Source: Aureliella sp.
GTDB taxonomy: Bacteria > Planctomycetota > Planctomycetia > Pirellulales > Pirellulaceae
Direction of reading: 5' to 3'
Length of the DNA: 64,000 nt
Assembly (NCBI GenBank): GCA_963691875.1
Contig: OY829846.1
Location: forward strand, 1,792,001 to 1,856,000
Shown: positions 39,184 to 50,100 of the stretch, piece by piece
Layout: the number at the start of each line of letters is the position of its first letter
Numbering within the stretch: the first letter of the stretch is position 1
Translations under genes and position numbers: made by a program
Notes under the pieces: generated by a model
The model's input: only the letters and a program-made list of their open reading frames with translations
What the model was told of the DNA's origin: nothing
Database searches by the model: none

Positions 39184-40137
39184 ATGAGTTGGCTTGAGAG
39201 TTGTCAACAATCGATACAACATGGCTCGCAAGCGATTGGAGAATTCTTGTTTCCTGCGACCTGCCTACTCTGCGATAGTCCAGTGCTCGGGAAACCTTGG
39301 CTCTTCTGCCAAGAATGTGAAGACAAAATCTACTCTGATTTTCACCGCTGCAGAAAATGCGCAACACCTGTGCCAGAGGTGGTTCCGAACCAAAATTGCT
39401 TCCGATGCCGAAAACAAAAATGGAAGTTTGACTCGGTCATCACACTTTCGCCATACCGGAAACCGATGGACACAGTCATCAAGGCTATGAAGCGTCCAAG
39501 TGCTCGGCTTTATCGTCGGTCGATTGGGACGATGCTGGCAAGAGCTGCAGAAGAGCACTGGCAGAGAACTCTCCCAAGTGCCGCGGCCCAACTTGAGTTG
39601 TTTCCAGAAAGTGGCGTCTTGGACAAAGATTCCCGCAGCCAAGAGTCATCAAGTGCGAACGACAGTCCACTGCTTGTCCCAGTCCCCAACTTCTGGACGC
39701 ACGCTTTATTCGGAGCGGCAAACGTTGCTGGGGAATTGGCTCGCCGGATAAGCCGGATCAACAATTGGGAACTTCGCGGTGACATAATCCGTAAGATCCG
39801 CAGGACCGAAAAACAAGGTACCTTGGCCTGGAGCGAAAGACCCAAGAATGTACGGGACGCTTTCCAGATTGTGGAGGAAAAAGCCTTAGTTGAGAGGCAT
39901 ATTATCTTGGTCGATGACGTTCTCACCAGCGCCGCAACGGGAGCGGAAATCTCGCGAGTACTGATGCGGTCAGGAGCAAAGTCCGTTACTCTTTGCGTCG
40001 CGGCCCGCGGAACTGGCATCAAAGAGGTTGCGGAATCGGTCCATTCCGCAACTCAGTCGACCAAGAGCCCTGCCCAGGGTCAGCCAGAACGGCGCAACCA
40101 TGAATCAGACTCTCAGGAAACCGCCGGAACAAGTTGA
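39184..40137 (+). CDS. ComF family protein (double zinc ribbon + phosphoribosyltransferase)
   Basis: FPATCLLC plus further CxxC pairs; IILVDDVLTSAAT. Confidence 0.9.
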   Translation: MSWLESCQQSIQHGSQAIGEFLFPATCLLCDSPVLGKPWLFCQECEDKIYSDFHRCRKCATPVPEVVPNQNCFRCRKQKWKFDSVITLSPYRKPMDTVIKAMKRPSARLYRRSIGTMLARAAEEHWQRTLPSAAAQLELFPESGVLDKDSRSQESSSANDSPLLVPVPNFWTHALFGAANVAGELARRISRINNWELRGDIIRKIRRTEKQGTLAWSERPKNVRDAFQIVEEKALVERHIILVDDVLTSAATGAEISRVLMRSGAKSVTLCVAARGTGIKEVAESVHSATQSTKSPAQGQPERRNHESDSQETAGTS

Positions 40138-41111
40138 TGGCAGAACCCCAAAAAACTAAATCTAACGCCAACCAAACCTCGTCACTTCGTCGAGCGATTT
40201 GGCGAGGCTGCTCGATTATCGCGCCCCCTCTCGTCACACTTCTGTTGTTGATCTGGTTGGCCAAAGGCGTTGAGGACTACGTGCTCAAACCGCTTGAGGC
40301 GGCCGGTAGAACAGTGATCGTTTTGGTTACCGCGGACGTCTACGAAGCTCCTCCGAAGGGAGCTGTAAAAGTCGCAGAAAAGCCACTCGAGGAGACCTTT
40401 GTTTTTGAGGGCACTCGTTTCGTGCTGCCTCCCATCGGACGCGGCTATCTTCCGGACTACATTGTGGGCAAGGTAACCGCAAATCTCGATGTCTTGCCGC
40501 GCGAGATGCAAGAGCCGCTGTCGGCCTCCGACTACTACCACGCCTTTGTCAAAATCCAATACATGCCGAGGTGGTTTACCATCCCGCTGCTACTACTGGT
40601 GTTCCTGAGTGTACTCTTCTTTGTCGGCCGGTTCCTCGCGGCAGGCGTTGGACGATTCTTTATCACCGCCTTCGAGAAGATCATCCATCAGCTCCCGATC
40701 ATTCGAAACCTTTACTCGTCAGTGAAACAAGTTACGGATTTTGTGCTCAGTGAACGTGAAATTGAGTTCACGCGGGTGGTTGCTGTGGAGTACCCACGCG
40801 TCGGCATCTGGTCCCTTGGCTTTGTTACCAGTGAGAGTTTGCCGCCACTCAAGCTCGCGACGAACGAGGACTTGGTCAGTGTCTTCATCCCGACTTCTCC
40901 AATGCCCATGACAGGTTTCACAATCAATGTCAGACGTCGCGAGATCGTCGACATGGAACTAACCATCGACCAGGCTGTGCAATTTATTGTAAGCTGCGGC
41001 GTTGTCACTCCGCCTGTTCTGCCCAACCAATCCCAGCCAGCATTGCTCGGGAATCAGGACGACCTGGGAAAACTCGTCGAAGAGCAAAAAACGAAAGGCG
41101 AGTCTGAGTAA
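40134..41111 (+). CDS. DUF502 domain membrane protein
   Basis: YSSVKQV, VEYPRVG, VFIPTSPMPMTGF, IVSCG. Confidence 0.9.
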   Translation: MMAEPQKTKSNANQTSSLRRAIWRGCSIIAPPLVTLLLLIWLAKGVEDYVLKPLEAAGRTVIVLVTADVYEAPPKGAVKVAEKPLEETFVFEGTRFVLPPIGRGYLPDYIVGKVTANLDVLPREMQEPLSASDYYHAFVKIQYMPRWFTIPLLLLVFLSVLFFVGRFLAAGVGRFFITAFEKIIHQLPIIRNLYSSVKQVTDFVLSEREIEFTRVVAVEYPRVGIWSLGFVTSESLPPLKLATNEDLVSVFIPTSPMPMTGFTINVRRREIVDMELTIDQAVQFIVSCGVVTPPVLPNQSQPALLGNQDDLGKLVEEQKTKGESE

Positions 41112-41162
41112 AGCCGCCTCGTGTCATCGAGTGAAGTGCCTCACGAGAGTGAGGCAGAGGAA

Positions 41163-41927
41163 TTATTTTCCGAGTCGCAGCCTGACTAGGAGGTCGTTCA
41201 ACGCAGGCTTTGCCTCGGTAGTTTCTTGCAGCTGAGAGCGTGCGTAAGCTTCTTCGAGCTCGCCCATTTGCCTTTCGAACTCACGTTGAAAGAACTCCAT
41301 ACGTGGTTCTCGCAACACAGCCTTTTCGGCTCCTTCACGCTTGAGCTTCAATAGGTCGTCGATGTACGGCAGCCGCGCGCGTTCATTCAGGACTTTTAAG
41401 TTCGCTTCGATCCGCCCAGTATGCATCAGTTGAATTCCCGTTTGAAGTACGCGAAAGGTGTACAACAAGGGTTTCACTCGTGGCTCAGGCTCCTTCGAAA
41501 AAAGTTTCCACTGCGCGGAGGCAAAACCCATGTAGTGGTGAGCATGATGCTTGGTGATGCATTGCACAGCAATCGACTTTAGCTCTTCGAACTCGGGCGT
41601 CTCACTGACAACGAGGGGAGAAAAGATTTGCTCGAGTACGTAGCCGTTTCGACGTAGCATCAAGCGAAATAACTTCTCAATGTCATGCGTGACTAGATCG
41701 ATTTCCAGGCCGTCGTAGATTCCTTCCTTCTCAACAGTTTGACGGCCTTCTGAAAGCCCTACAACGGTTTCCAGCGGAAGTTTATGAGCACCGCGCAAAT
41801 CGAAATCGGAATCCCCCGAAGGAAATCCATAGAGATGTGCGCCACTAATCGTCACAAAAATAAGCGGAAATGGATGCGAATCGACGTGGCGCCGCATCTG
41901 CTTCATATCGACGTTCTGATCATTCAT
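41163..41927 (-). CDS. Pol-beta superfamily nucleotidyltransferase (RlaP/YcgL-like)
   Basis: ISGAHLYGFPSGDSDFDLRG, NGYVLEQIFSPL, VKPLLY. Confidence 0.9.
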   Translation of the reverse strand: MNDQNVDMKQMRRHVDSHPFPLIFVTISGAHLYGFPSGDSDFDLRGAHKLPLETVVGLSEGRQTVEKEGIYDGLEIDLVTHDIEKLFRLMLRRNGYVLEQIFSPLVVSETPEFEELKSIAVQCITKHHAHHYMGFASAQWKLFSKEPEPRVKPLLYTFRVLQTGIQLMHTGRIEANLKVLNERARLPYIDDLLKLKREGAEKAVLREPRMEFFQREFERQMGELEEAYARSQLQETTEAKPALNDLLVRLRLGK

Positions 41928-41934
41928 AACTTGG

Positions 41935-42864
41935 CTATTCTTCTAAGGCAGATCTTCGAGCGCGAAGCAGGAACGCGTTGACGCGTTCGTAGTCGGGCCG
42001 GTCCGGTAACTTGGTTGTCAGAAACGAAGACTCGAATTCCCTTTGCAGTTCCCTTCGCCAATTATCGGCAACTTCAAACGGTGTTTCACCAGACTTGATA
42101 TAAAGTAGCCGGTCACGGTTCGCGCCAGTGTTTAACTCCAGCTTCTCCGATTTGAGAACATGAATGCCCGACAGGAGAAGCCGAATGAGATGCATGACAT
42201 GCTTCCATTTCACCTGACCGTGGTTGCGGATGTCGGTTTGCATCTTCTTGAATTGCGATGCGACATAACCAGAGTAAGTCTGAAAGACCAACTTGGACAA
42301 AAAGGCTTCGCGCATCCCAAGTAGCTCCTCCCCGAGGCTGGTACACCTTTCGACCAGCGGCGAGTAAAGGCACTCCAGCACGTTAGGATTTGCCTTGAGG
42401 GCAAGCACTAGAAACTTCTGAAGTTCCCAGTAGACTTCTTGGGTTGCGTCGTTTTCCAGTTGTTCAGGCACGCCGTACAATGACCATTGCAGATCAGCTG
42501 GCGGCAGGTAAACGCCTCGACGATCCGTATCTGAATCGGCGCCGTCCAATCCATAGGCTCGCGATCCAATGACACAGCGGAAAATGATGGTTCCTTGCAA
42601 GGAGTCTTGCATCAACTGTTCTCCAGCCTGAACTGGTCCGGCTTTGAAATCTGCGAGACATTTCAGCTGTTTATGATGAATTGTAGCTTCGAACCCATCC
42701 GCAAACTTGACGCGATACGCGTGAGTGCGGTCCAGCGGTGAGCGCACGATTATCCCCACGGCACCTGCTGGATGCGCGATGCGATCCTCGTTGGACAATA
42801 CATCCTTCTGGGCGACAACTTGCGTGCCTGCCGGAAAGATAAAGCGTTCGTGAGAGTCGTTCAC
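41935..42864 (-). CDS. Pol-beta superfamily nucleotidyltransferase (RlaP-like) with N-terminal beta-rich extension
   Basis: IGSRAYGLDGADSDTDRRG, ALKANPNVLECLYSP, WKHVMHLIRLL, LPDRPD. Confidence 0.9.
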   Translation of the reverse strand: MNDSHERFIFPAGTQVVAQKDVLSNEDRIAHPAGAVGIIVRSPLDRTHAYRVKFADGFEATIHHKQLKCLADFKAGPVQAGEQLMQDSLQGTIIFRCVIGSRAYGLDGADSDTDRRGVYLPPADLQWSLYGVPEQLENDATQEVYWELQKFLVLALKANPNVLECLYSPLVERCTSLGEELLGMREAFLSKLVFQTYSGYVASQFKKMQTDIRNHGQVKWKHVMHLIRLLLSGIHVLKSEKLELNTGANRDRLLYIKSGETPFEVADNWRRELQREFESSFLTTKLPDRPDYERVNAFLLRARRSALEE

Positions 42865-42921
42865 TCTAGGCTCGTAAATTAGAATCTGGAATAAATGGAT
42901 TCAGATAAGATGCCGCAGAGT

Positions 42922-43259
42922 TCATGAACGTTCGCGCCGCAGATGGTTTGTAGCCGAATTCCAGCACCTACCACGAGGAGTTCGGTAGTGATGCGATCTC
43001 GCTAAAGAACTTTCCCTGCGAGCAACTTCAAAAGCCGACCAATACGCAACCGTGTCGCAATAGGATTCGCGGCCTACAAACTCAGTTGAATCATCTTCTT
43101 TGCGTAGAATCGACGCGTCTCGAATTGGCTTGCCGGTTGCCGCATCCACCACTCGAATTGAAGCTCGTACTCACCTTCCTGAGAAGCAGGTGCAGCCGCG
43201 ATGAAAGTGAAGCTGAGCACAAGGATCGTAACGAAGGTAGAGGACACATAGCTAGGCAT
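42922..43259 (-). pseudogene. Frameshifted, truncated secreted-protein remnant
   Basis: Signal peptide ORF 43074-43259 (…YELQFE) appears to continue in another frame as VDAATGKPIRDASI. Confidence 0.4.
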
Positions 43260-43350
43260 GCTTATTTCCTAGTCTCTAACTATTCGTTCCAAACACCTGT
43301 CGCGCTCTTAGCCTGGCGTTCAATTTGCGATTCCGGTCTTCAACCTCGGT

Positions 43351-43830
43351 TTATTCCTTCTTAATTATCTCTTCAAAAAGCCGACGAAAACCCTCCATGC
43401 GTTTCCGATTCGCTCCCATATCGGAGTACCCCAGTCGCGACGCAGAACGAAAGTGAAGCACATGGTTTGTCGAGTCGCAGTATATTTCTACGTCATCAAC
43501 GTAACGCATCAATAGAGTCGTGGCGGTTGCTCGCAAGTAGCTTGGTCCTTCTTCTACCAACGCAATTCGAGGCATACTTAGCAAAGCTTCCTTGGCGAAT
43601 TTCAAAGCTTCGTCTGTTGAACAGGTGAAATGGATCGGCTCGATCGCATGCCCTTTGTCATCCGCTTGAGTGCACACGCAGTTCGGAGACTTTGGGCAGG
43701 GCGCGAGCTTGCCGTCTTGAATGCCAAGCGTTGTTGCAGGTTTAGACATTGCGTTGACCAAAATGATTGCGATCCAACAGAACAGTAATACCAAGCCGAC
43801 GCGAAGGATGATTTTCTGTGTGGTTTTCAT
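43351..43830 (-). CDS. DUF1499 domain protein
   Basis: LAPCPKSPNCV, YVDDVE, RSASRLGYSDMGANRKR. Confidence 0.9.
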   Translation of the reverse strand: MKTTQKIILRVGLVLLFCWIAIILVNAMSKPATTLGIQDGKLAPCPKSPNCVCTQADDKGHAIEPIHFTCSTDEALKFAKEALLSMPRIALVEEGPSYLRATATTLLMRYVDDVEIYCDSTNHVLHFRSASRLGYSDMGANRKRMEGFRRLFEEIIKKE

Positions 43831-44082
43831 ACCTCAATTATGCAGTGTCGATGGCAAGCTGAGAAGTGTGAGTCGAAGGCTAAAGGCCAAAGGCTAAAGC
43901 CTTACCAAGCTTTGCCTGGCTTGTTCGGTAGCGAAATTCGTTTCAAAGAAGTAACAACAAACTCTACGAGCCGCGCGGTCTTCGAGTATCATGCCTGCTA
44001 TCCCGACAGCCAAGTCAGTTTAAAATGAGCTGTCACCACACTCTCTCTTACACCTGTGCACCTGGATGAAAGAAAGTTCTCG

Positions 44083-45798
44083 ATGAGCCGAAGAATTCCC
44101 ACGCTGTTGCTTGGCCAAGCTTTTCTGTTGGTCCTGATGCTTACATCGACCTCGGCGGCACAACGTCCCAACATCGTTCTCATTATGGCGGACGATATGG
44201 GATACACGGATATCGGATGCTACGGCAGTGAAATCGAAACTCCTGTGCTCGACAAGCTTGCCGCTGGCGGTCTGCGATACACTCAGTTCTACAACACATC
44301 GCGTTGTTGTCCGACGCGAGCTTCATTGCTCACTGGATTGTACTCGCATCAAGCCGGGATGGGGCTGATGGCGAGCGACCGAGGTGTAGACGCCTATCGA
44401 GGCAACATCAGTCGGCGCTGCGTCACCATCGCAGAGGTCCTCGGGACCGCTGGCTATAAAAATTATATGTCTGGCAAATGGCATGTGACTCGGCACATCG
44501 CTCCGAAGGGTGACAACTCGAATTGGCCCATGCAACGTGGCTTCGATCGTTTCTACGGAACCATTATCGGTGCAGGCAGTTTCTATGACCCCTCAACACT
44601 TTGCCGAGGCAACACCTACATCACTCCGGACAACGATCCCGAATACCAACCCGAAGACTTTTACTACACGGACGCGATTAGCGACAACGCCGCTCGATAT
44701 GTACGTGAACACTTTGAGTCCACAACAGACGAGCCTTTCTTTCTGTATGTCGCTTACACCAGCGCACACTGGCCCATGCATGCACCTGAGTCAGTCGTCG
44801 AGAAGTATGACGGAGTGTACGACGAAGGCTACGATCCTATTCGAAAATTTCGTTACGAAAACGCGATCAAGCAAGGCGTCCTAGAATCAAAGTGGAAGAT
44901 GTCCCCACCAGCAAAGAACTGGGAAAAATTTGAACATAAGGAATGGGACATCAGGTGCATGGAAGTATACGCAGCTATGGTAGACCGCATGGATGAAGGG
45001 ATCGGCCGCATTGTGAAAGCAATCGAAGATGCTGGCGCGATGGAAAACACGATCATCGTCTACTTGCAAGACAACGGTGGTTGCGCTGAAGGTTTTGGGC
45101 GGAATGACAACTTGAAGAAGGCAAAGGACTTCGACTACAAGCCCTTTGGTCCTGACGATTTGCAAACCAAAATTTGGCCTCCGATGCAAACGCGTGACGG
45201 ACGCTACGTCCGAACCGGCCCAGAGGTAATGCCTGGCGCCGAGGACACGTTTGTGGCGTACGGCACCGGCTGGGCGAACACGTCGAATACTCCTTTTCGT
45301 GGCTACAAACACGATGGATACGAAGGTGGGATCAGCAGCCCGTTGATCTTTCATTGGCCCCGAGGAATTGCGGCAGAGCAACGCGGAAAAGTGATGCATG
45401 ATCCATCACATTTGATTGACATCATGCCAACCTTCGTGGATGCAGCCAAAGCAGACTACCCTTCCAAGTTCGCAGACAACTCAATTTACCCAATGGAGGG
45501 CGTGAGTCTTACTCCAACCTTCCGGGGCGAGGCCATTCAACGTCAGGCGGCCATCGGTTTTGAACACCATGGCAACTTGGCGTTACGAGACGGCCGTTGG
45601 AAAATCGTTTCTGCCTACAAGAAGAACAAGCCAATCGATTGGGAGCTCTACGACATGCAAGAAGATCGCACGGAACTCAACAACTTAGCCGAGTCCAATC
45701 CCAAGAAGCTAAAAGAGCTTTCAGACAAGTGGCAAGCTTGGGCCGATCGCGTTGGCGTTGAACCTTGGCCTTTCGAACGCAAAAAAGACAATAAGTAG
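44083..45798 (+). CDS. Arylsulfatase (formylglycine-dependent)
   Basis: RPNIVLIMADDMG, CCPTRASLLTG, GKWH; signal peptide. Confidence 0.95.
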   Translation: MSRRIPTLLLGQAFLLVLMLTSTSAAQRPNIVLIMADDMGYTDIGCYGSEIETPVLDKLAAGGLRYTQFYNTSRCCPTRASLLTGLYSHQAGMGLMASDRGVDAYRGNISRRCVTIAEVLGTAGYKNYMSGKWHVTRHIAPKGDNSNWPMQRGFDRFYGTIIGAGSFYDPSTLCRGNTYITPDNDPEYQPEDFYYTDAISDNAARYVREHFESTTDEPFFLYVAYTSAHWPMHAPESVVEKYDGVYDEGYDPIRKFRYENAIKQGVLESKWKMSPPAKNWEKFEHKEWDIRCMEVYAAMVDRMDEGIGRIVKAIEDAGAMENTIIVYLQDNGGCAEGFGRNDNLKKAKDFDYKPFGPDDLQTKIWPPMQTRDGRYVRTGPEVMPGAEDTFVAYGTGWANTSNTPFRGYKHDGYEGGISSPLIFHWPRGIAAEQRGKVMHDPSHLIDIMPTFVDAAKADYPSKFADNSIYPMEGVSLTPTFRGEAIQRQAAIGFEHHGNLALRDGRWKIVSAYKKNKPIDWELYDMQEDRTELNNLAESNPKKLKELSDKWQAWADRVGVEPWPFERKKDNK

Positions 45799-45957
45799 CG
45801 GCGCAGGCGTAAGCAGCTTTGCTAGCGAAACGGAGTGACCTGCAATTTCACTATAAACGGTAAGGCTTACCAAAACCGCTTTAGTTTATCGCTGAAAGTG
45901 ACGATTGACGACGAAGAGTTGTAGTCTTTTCGTAGTTCTATCAGGCCAGGATCGGGG

Positions 45958-47115
45958 ATGAACCGCAAGCTCAAGATGACGCTAGCGTTGTGCGGCTGCG
46001 TGTTTGTGCCGCTTCCGCTTGGCTTTGCCGACTCGCCGAAAAAAACGCCTTCCGGTGCACATTTCACAACCGATCACTCTGGCAACTTTTTCCACATAGA
46101 TTCAACCGAGATCTTTCTGGAGCCGCTGCCGACGCAGAAGCGCTCGCCGGTTGTTACTGCTCTGTCGGCCTCACAACACGGCGAGTACTTGGCCGCAGCC
46201 GGAGATGATCACTCGATTCGAGTCATAAAAGTTGCCACCGGACGCGTTGTCAGCACTTTATTGGGGCATCGAGACTGGATTCAGACCCTTTGTTTTGCGC
46301 CCAACTCACATAAGCTTTACTCAGCGGGCGACGATGGCCGCGTATTGAAGTGGAGCCATCTCAATAGAGCAGGATTGGCGCCAGACCAAGCAGCAACGCA
46401 AGCTTCTTCGAAAGGATACGCCCACGAAGAGCTCTTTCATGTCCCATTTGCGATTCGGTCGCTGGCTATCTCGTCGGACGAGAAACTGCTAGCAGTCGCT
46501 GGCTTCTCGCAAGAGATAATCGTTTGGGACCTTCTAGAGAACAGGATCGCAAGACGCCTGACCTGCAAGAGCGGCGACCTGCGTGTGATCCGCTTCAGTG
46601 CGCAGAGCAACAAGGTTCTAGCAGGCGGACGCGCGGGGGACTTGTACGTCTGGCAAACTCAGACTGGTAAGGAACTTGCACATTTTCATGTCCACAGTGA
46701 TCGCATCCATACCGCTGAGTTCGATCCGCTCGGCGAGTCGGTAACTAGCGCCGCGAATGATCGGCAGCTCATTCATTACAGCTTGAAAGACGCACAAGTC
46801 GCAAAGCAGACCGAACTTGGACCGGCAAAGCTACGCAGTATGTGCTTGATGGATTCTGACTGGATTGCGGTATCCGGTGCGGACAACTCAGTGCACTTAT
46901 ACGATCAAAGCGAGAACAGAGTCTTGGCACATCTCAAGGGGCATACAGGAACGGTCGCCGCGATGACTAAGTGTGGTCGATTCTTGGCCAGTGGATCCTT
47001 CGACACGACGATACGCCTCTGGGACTTGCAGTCGATCGATCTTCAGGCGATCGAAGTAGAAGAACCGAATTTGCGAAAAGTCAATCGCACCGAATCTACC
47101 CCTCGCATTCGCTAG
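45958..47115 (+). CDS. WD40 repeat protein
   Basis: GH...SxGDD...W repeats, LASGSFDTTIRLWD. Confidence 0.9.
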   Translation: MNRKLKMTLALCGCVFVPLPLGFADSPKKTPSGAHFTTDHSGNFFHIDSTEIFLEPLPTQKRSPVVTALSASQHGEYLAAAGDDHSIRVIKVATGRVVSTLLGHRDWIQTLCFAPNSHKLYSAGDDGRVLKWSHLNRAGLAPDQAATQASSKGYAHEELFHVPFAIRSLAISSDEKLLAVAGFSQEIIVWDLLENRIARRLTCKSGDLRVIRFSAQSNKVLAGGRAGDLYVWQTQTGKELAHFHVHSDRIHTAEFDPLGESVTSAANDRQLIHYSLKDAQVAKQTELGPAKLRSMCLMDSDWIAVSGADNSVHLYDQSENRVLAHLKGHTGTVAAMTKCGRFLASGSFDTTIRLWDLQSIDLQAIEVEEPNLRKVNRTESTPRIR

Positions 47116-47142
47116 GCATTTTGGGCTGAACGGAGAAGTTCA

Positions 47143-50100
47143 TTGTTATTTCAAAGACAAGTTGACCGGCTAGCCAAGTTGCTTCATATGCAAGGGCGAA
47201 ACGCTGCACGCCGGCAACTGGCAGCTTCCCTGCGCGAAACAACCAAACGAGCTCCAACCATCGAACAAATGGAGCCGAGGTTATTGCTGGCCGCAGATGC
47301 GATTCAGATCGGTGCCGTCTACGTAGAAGAAGATCTTGGCAGTGACCAGACTGGCGACCTGTTCCACATCACCTTTCAGGGCGGCGCCGAAGCAACCGAG
47401 CTACGCCGACTCTCTATCGATGGCGACCTAACTAGCGATGGCTTTGGCATCGGTGACCTGTTCTTTGACACCAAAGACCCTGGCTACGGCGCTGACCAAC
47501 CCTTTGCTTTCCAGATACGAAATTTCAATACTGCAGATCAAAGTGCATCGGTGCGGGCAACCGTTGAGGATGGAACAAGTCTTTTGGTTCTGGACTTCAC
47601 GCATTTTCGGGCAGGTGACTCCCTGATCTTCTCGATCGATGTGGACGAAGTGCAGTTCTTTGATCCAAACGAAACGGATCTTGCGAGACAAAACGATAAC
47701 TTTGATCCGATCACTTCGGGAGTGGAATTCCAAAACGCAATCTTGGAGGCTGAGTTCGAGGCGCCACATTACGAGGATGTGGCTGGCTTAGAGCGATTCT
47801 TGAATCGTTATGACGATTGGCTGGACCAATCTGGCCTGGCCTTGCCGAAAGACAATCAGGACGGAAAACGCGATCGCTCCGCAGGAGCTGGATTTGAGCT
47901 ACAACAAGTTCCCAAGCCTATCTCTTTGTCAGGTTACGTTTATGTAGACGCGAACGAAAACTTGCTGCTTGAGTCCGGGGAACAAAGGCTATCTGGCGTT
48001 GGAATCGAGTTGTTTGTCCAGCAGGGTGCTTCATTCGTTTCGACGGGGCATAGCACCACTACTAATGCGGAAGGCAAATACTCCTTCGGTACAAATCTGA
48101 ACCTTCTTCCTGGGATCTATCAAGTTCGCGAGACCCAGCCTACGGGATACTACAGCGTGGGCGCAACTCTGGGACGTATCGTCGGGCAGCCGAACGCATC
48201 CGTGGGAGAACTTGTTGCAGGAAATCCCAATATCCTCGGCGAGATTGATCTCAGCAAAGGTGACTTGCACGCGGAAGAGCTTAACTTCGCTGAGAATGCT
48301 CCGAACTCGATTCGTGGACAAGTCTGCCTCGTCACAAGTGGCGATACCTGTTTTGACAACAGCAGCGGCAAAGAGACTCTAGCTGATGTATTGATCGAGC
48401 TACGCGATGAGTCGGGAACACTTGTAGAGAGCACTCGCACCAATAGCAACGGCGAGTATTCCTTCTCAGATCTCAACGCTGGAACTTATTCCATCACGGA
48501 AGTCACTCCTGCTGGCGTGATTGATGGCGATGCGAGGTTAGGAAACGCTGGCGGAGTTAGACAAAATGCAAGTTACTTGACGCAAATCGTCGTTGGCGGC
48601 GGAACGATCGCAAGCGGCTATGACTTTTGTGAGATCTTGCCTAGTGAAATCAGCGGACACGTCTACCATGACGATAACCACAATGGATTGCGAGAAGATG
48701 ATGAAGAGCTTTTGTCTGGTGTTGAGATAACGCTGTTCGATGACCAAGGTAATCTAGTCGAGCTGGCGCGAACCGATAGCAATGGATCCTATCGCTTCCA
48801 GTACCTCATCCCAGGCGAGTATCGCCTCCAAGAAGTCACTCCTGCTAACTACTTGCCGGGACAAGCCAATGCTGGAACCATTGGAGACCTATCAGTTGGT
48901 CAAGTAGATGCTTCTGGAGATCGCATCGACTCGATTGAGCTTGGAGCTGGATCCGTCGGCATAGACTTTGACTTCGGTGAAATACTCGGTGCAAGCATCT
49001 CTGGTCGCGTTCACATCGACGATGATGGCGACTGCGAATATGACGCAGGCGAGCAGAGCCTAGCGGGCGTCACAATCGAATTGCTGGACGCCAGCGGTAG
49101 AGTGGTTGAGCGCATGCAGACCGACAACGAAGGACGCTACTCATTTACCGACCTTCGAACAGCCGTCTACTCGATTCGTGAGATTCAGCCTGACGGACTT
49201 TTCCAAGGCGGGCAGCGGGCCGGCTCAGGTGGTGGTGATGACTCAAGTCAAGACATCATTCGCACCATCGATCTGACACGCGGCGGTGACTACATAGACT
49301 ACAACTTCTGCGAACTAGAGCCAGGTTCCATCTCAGGAAACGTGTTCGCAGATCTAGACTTCGACTGCTTCCAGGATACTCATGAGGAGGCAGTCGGCGG
49401 TGTCGAGATTCAGCTGCGTGATGCATCGGGAATACTCGTCACGACTACGCATACCGATAGCAATGGCAACTATCGCTTTGAGACCTTGCATCCCGGAGGT
49501 TACAGCGTTCATGAAGGCCAGCCAACCGGTTTCTTTCAGGGTGGACAAACGGCGCCCGTCGGAGTCGGGGACACTTCTACTCAAGATGTCGTTGCCAGCA
49601 TTCAACTAGCCTCCGGCCAGAACATCACTCAAGTCGACTTCTGTGAAGTGCCTCCTTCCGAGATCACGGGCTACGTGTTCCAAGATGGTGCCGTGATTAT
49701 AAACGACAGTGGTGAAGTTCCAGAGGACATTCGAAGCGTCCGCGACGGAGTGCGAACAGCCGATGACAGTCCGATCCCAGGTGTACAAGTTGAGCTACGA
49801 ACGCTCACTGGAGCAGCAATCCCAAGCGACCGAGCCTTACCAGGCTTCTACTCTGGGAATAGCATCCAAGTTTCAACCGATGCGAATGGCTTCTTCCGTT
49901 TCGCAGGCTTGCGATCAGGTGCCTATCACATCTATGAGACGCAGCCAATCGGTTTTGAGGACGGGATTGACACGCCAGGTACTACGACTGGGTTCGCCGT
50001 CAATCTGAACGAAACGGAACTTGTCCCAAGCTCGGTAATTCGGCTTATTCAGCTCTCTAATCCAGGTGCAGATCCGGGTAATGATGCGATCCTGTCGGTA

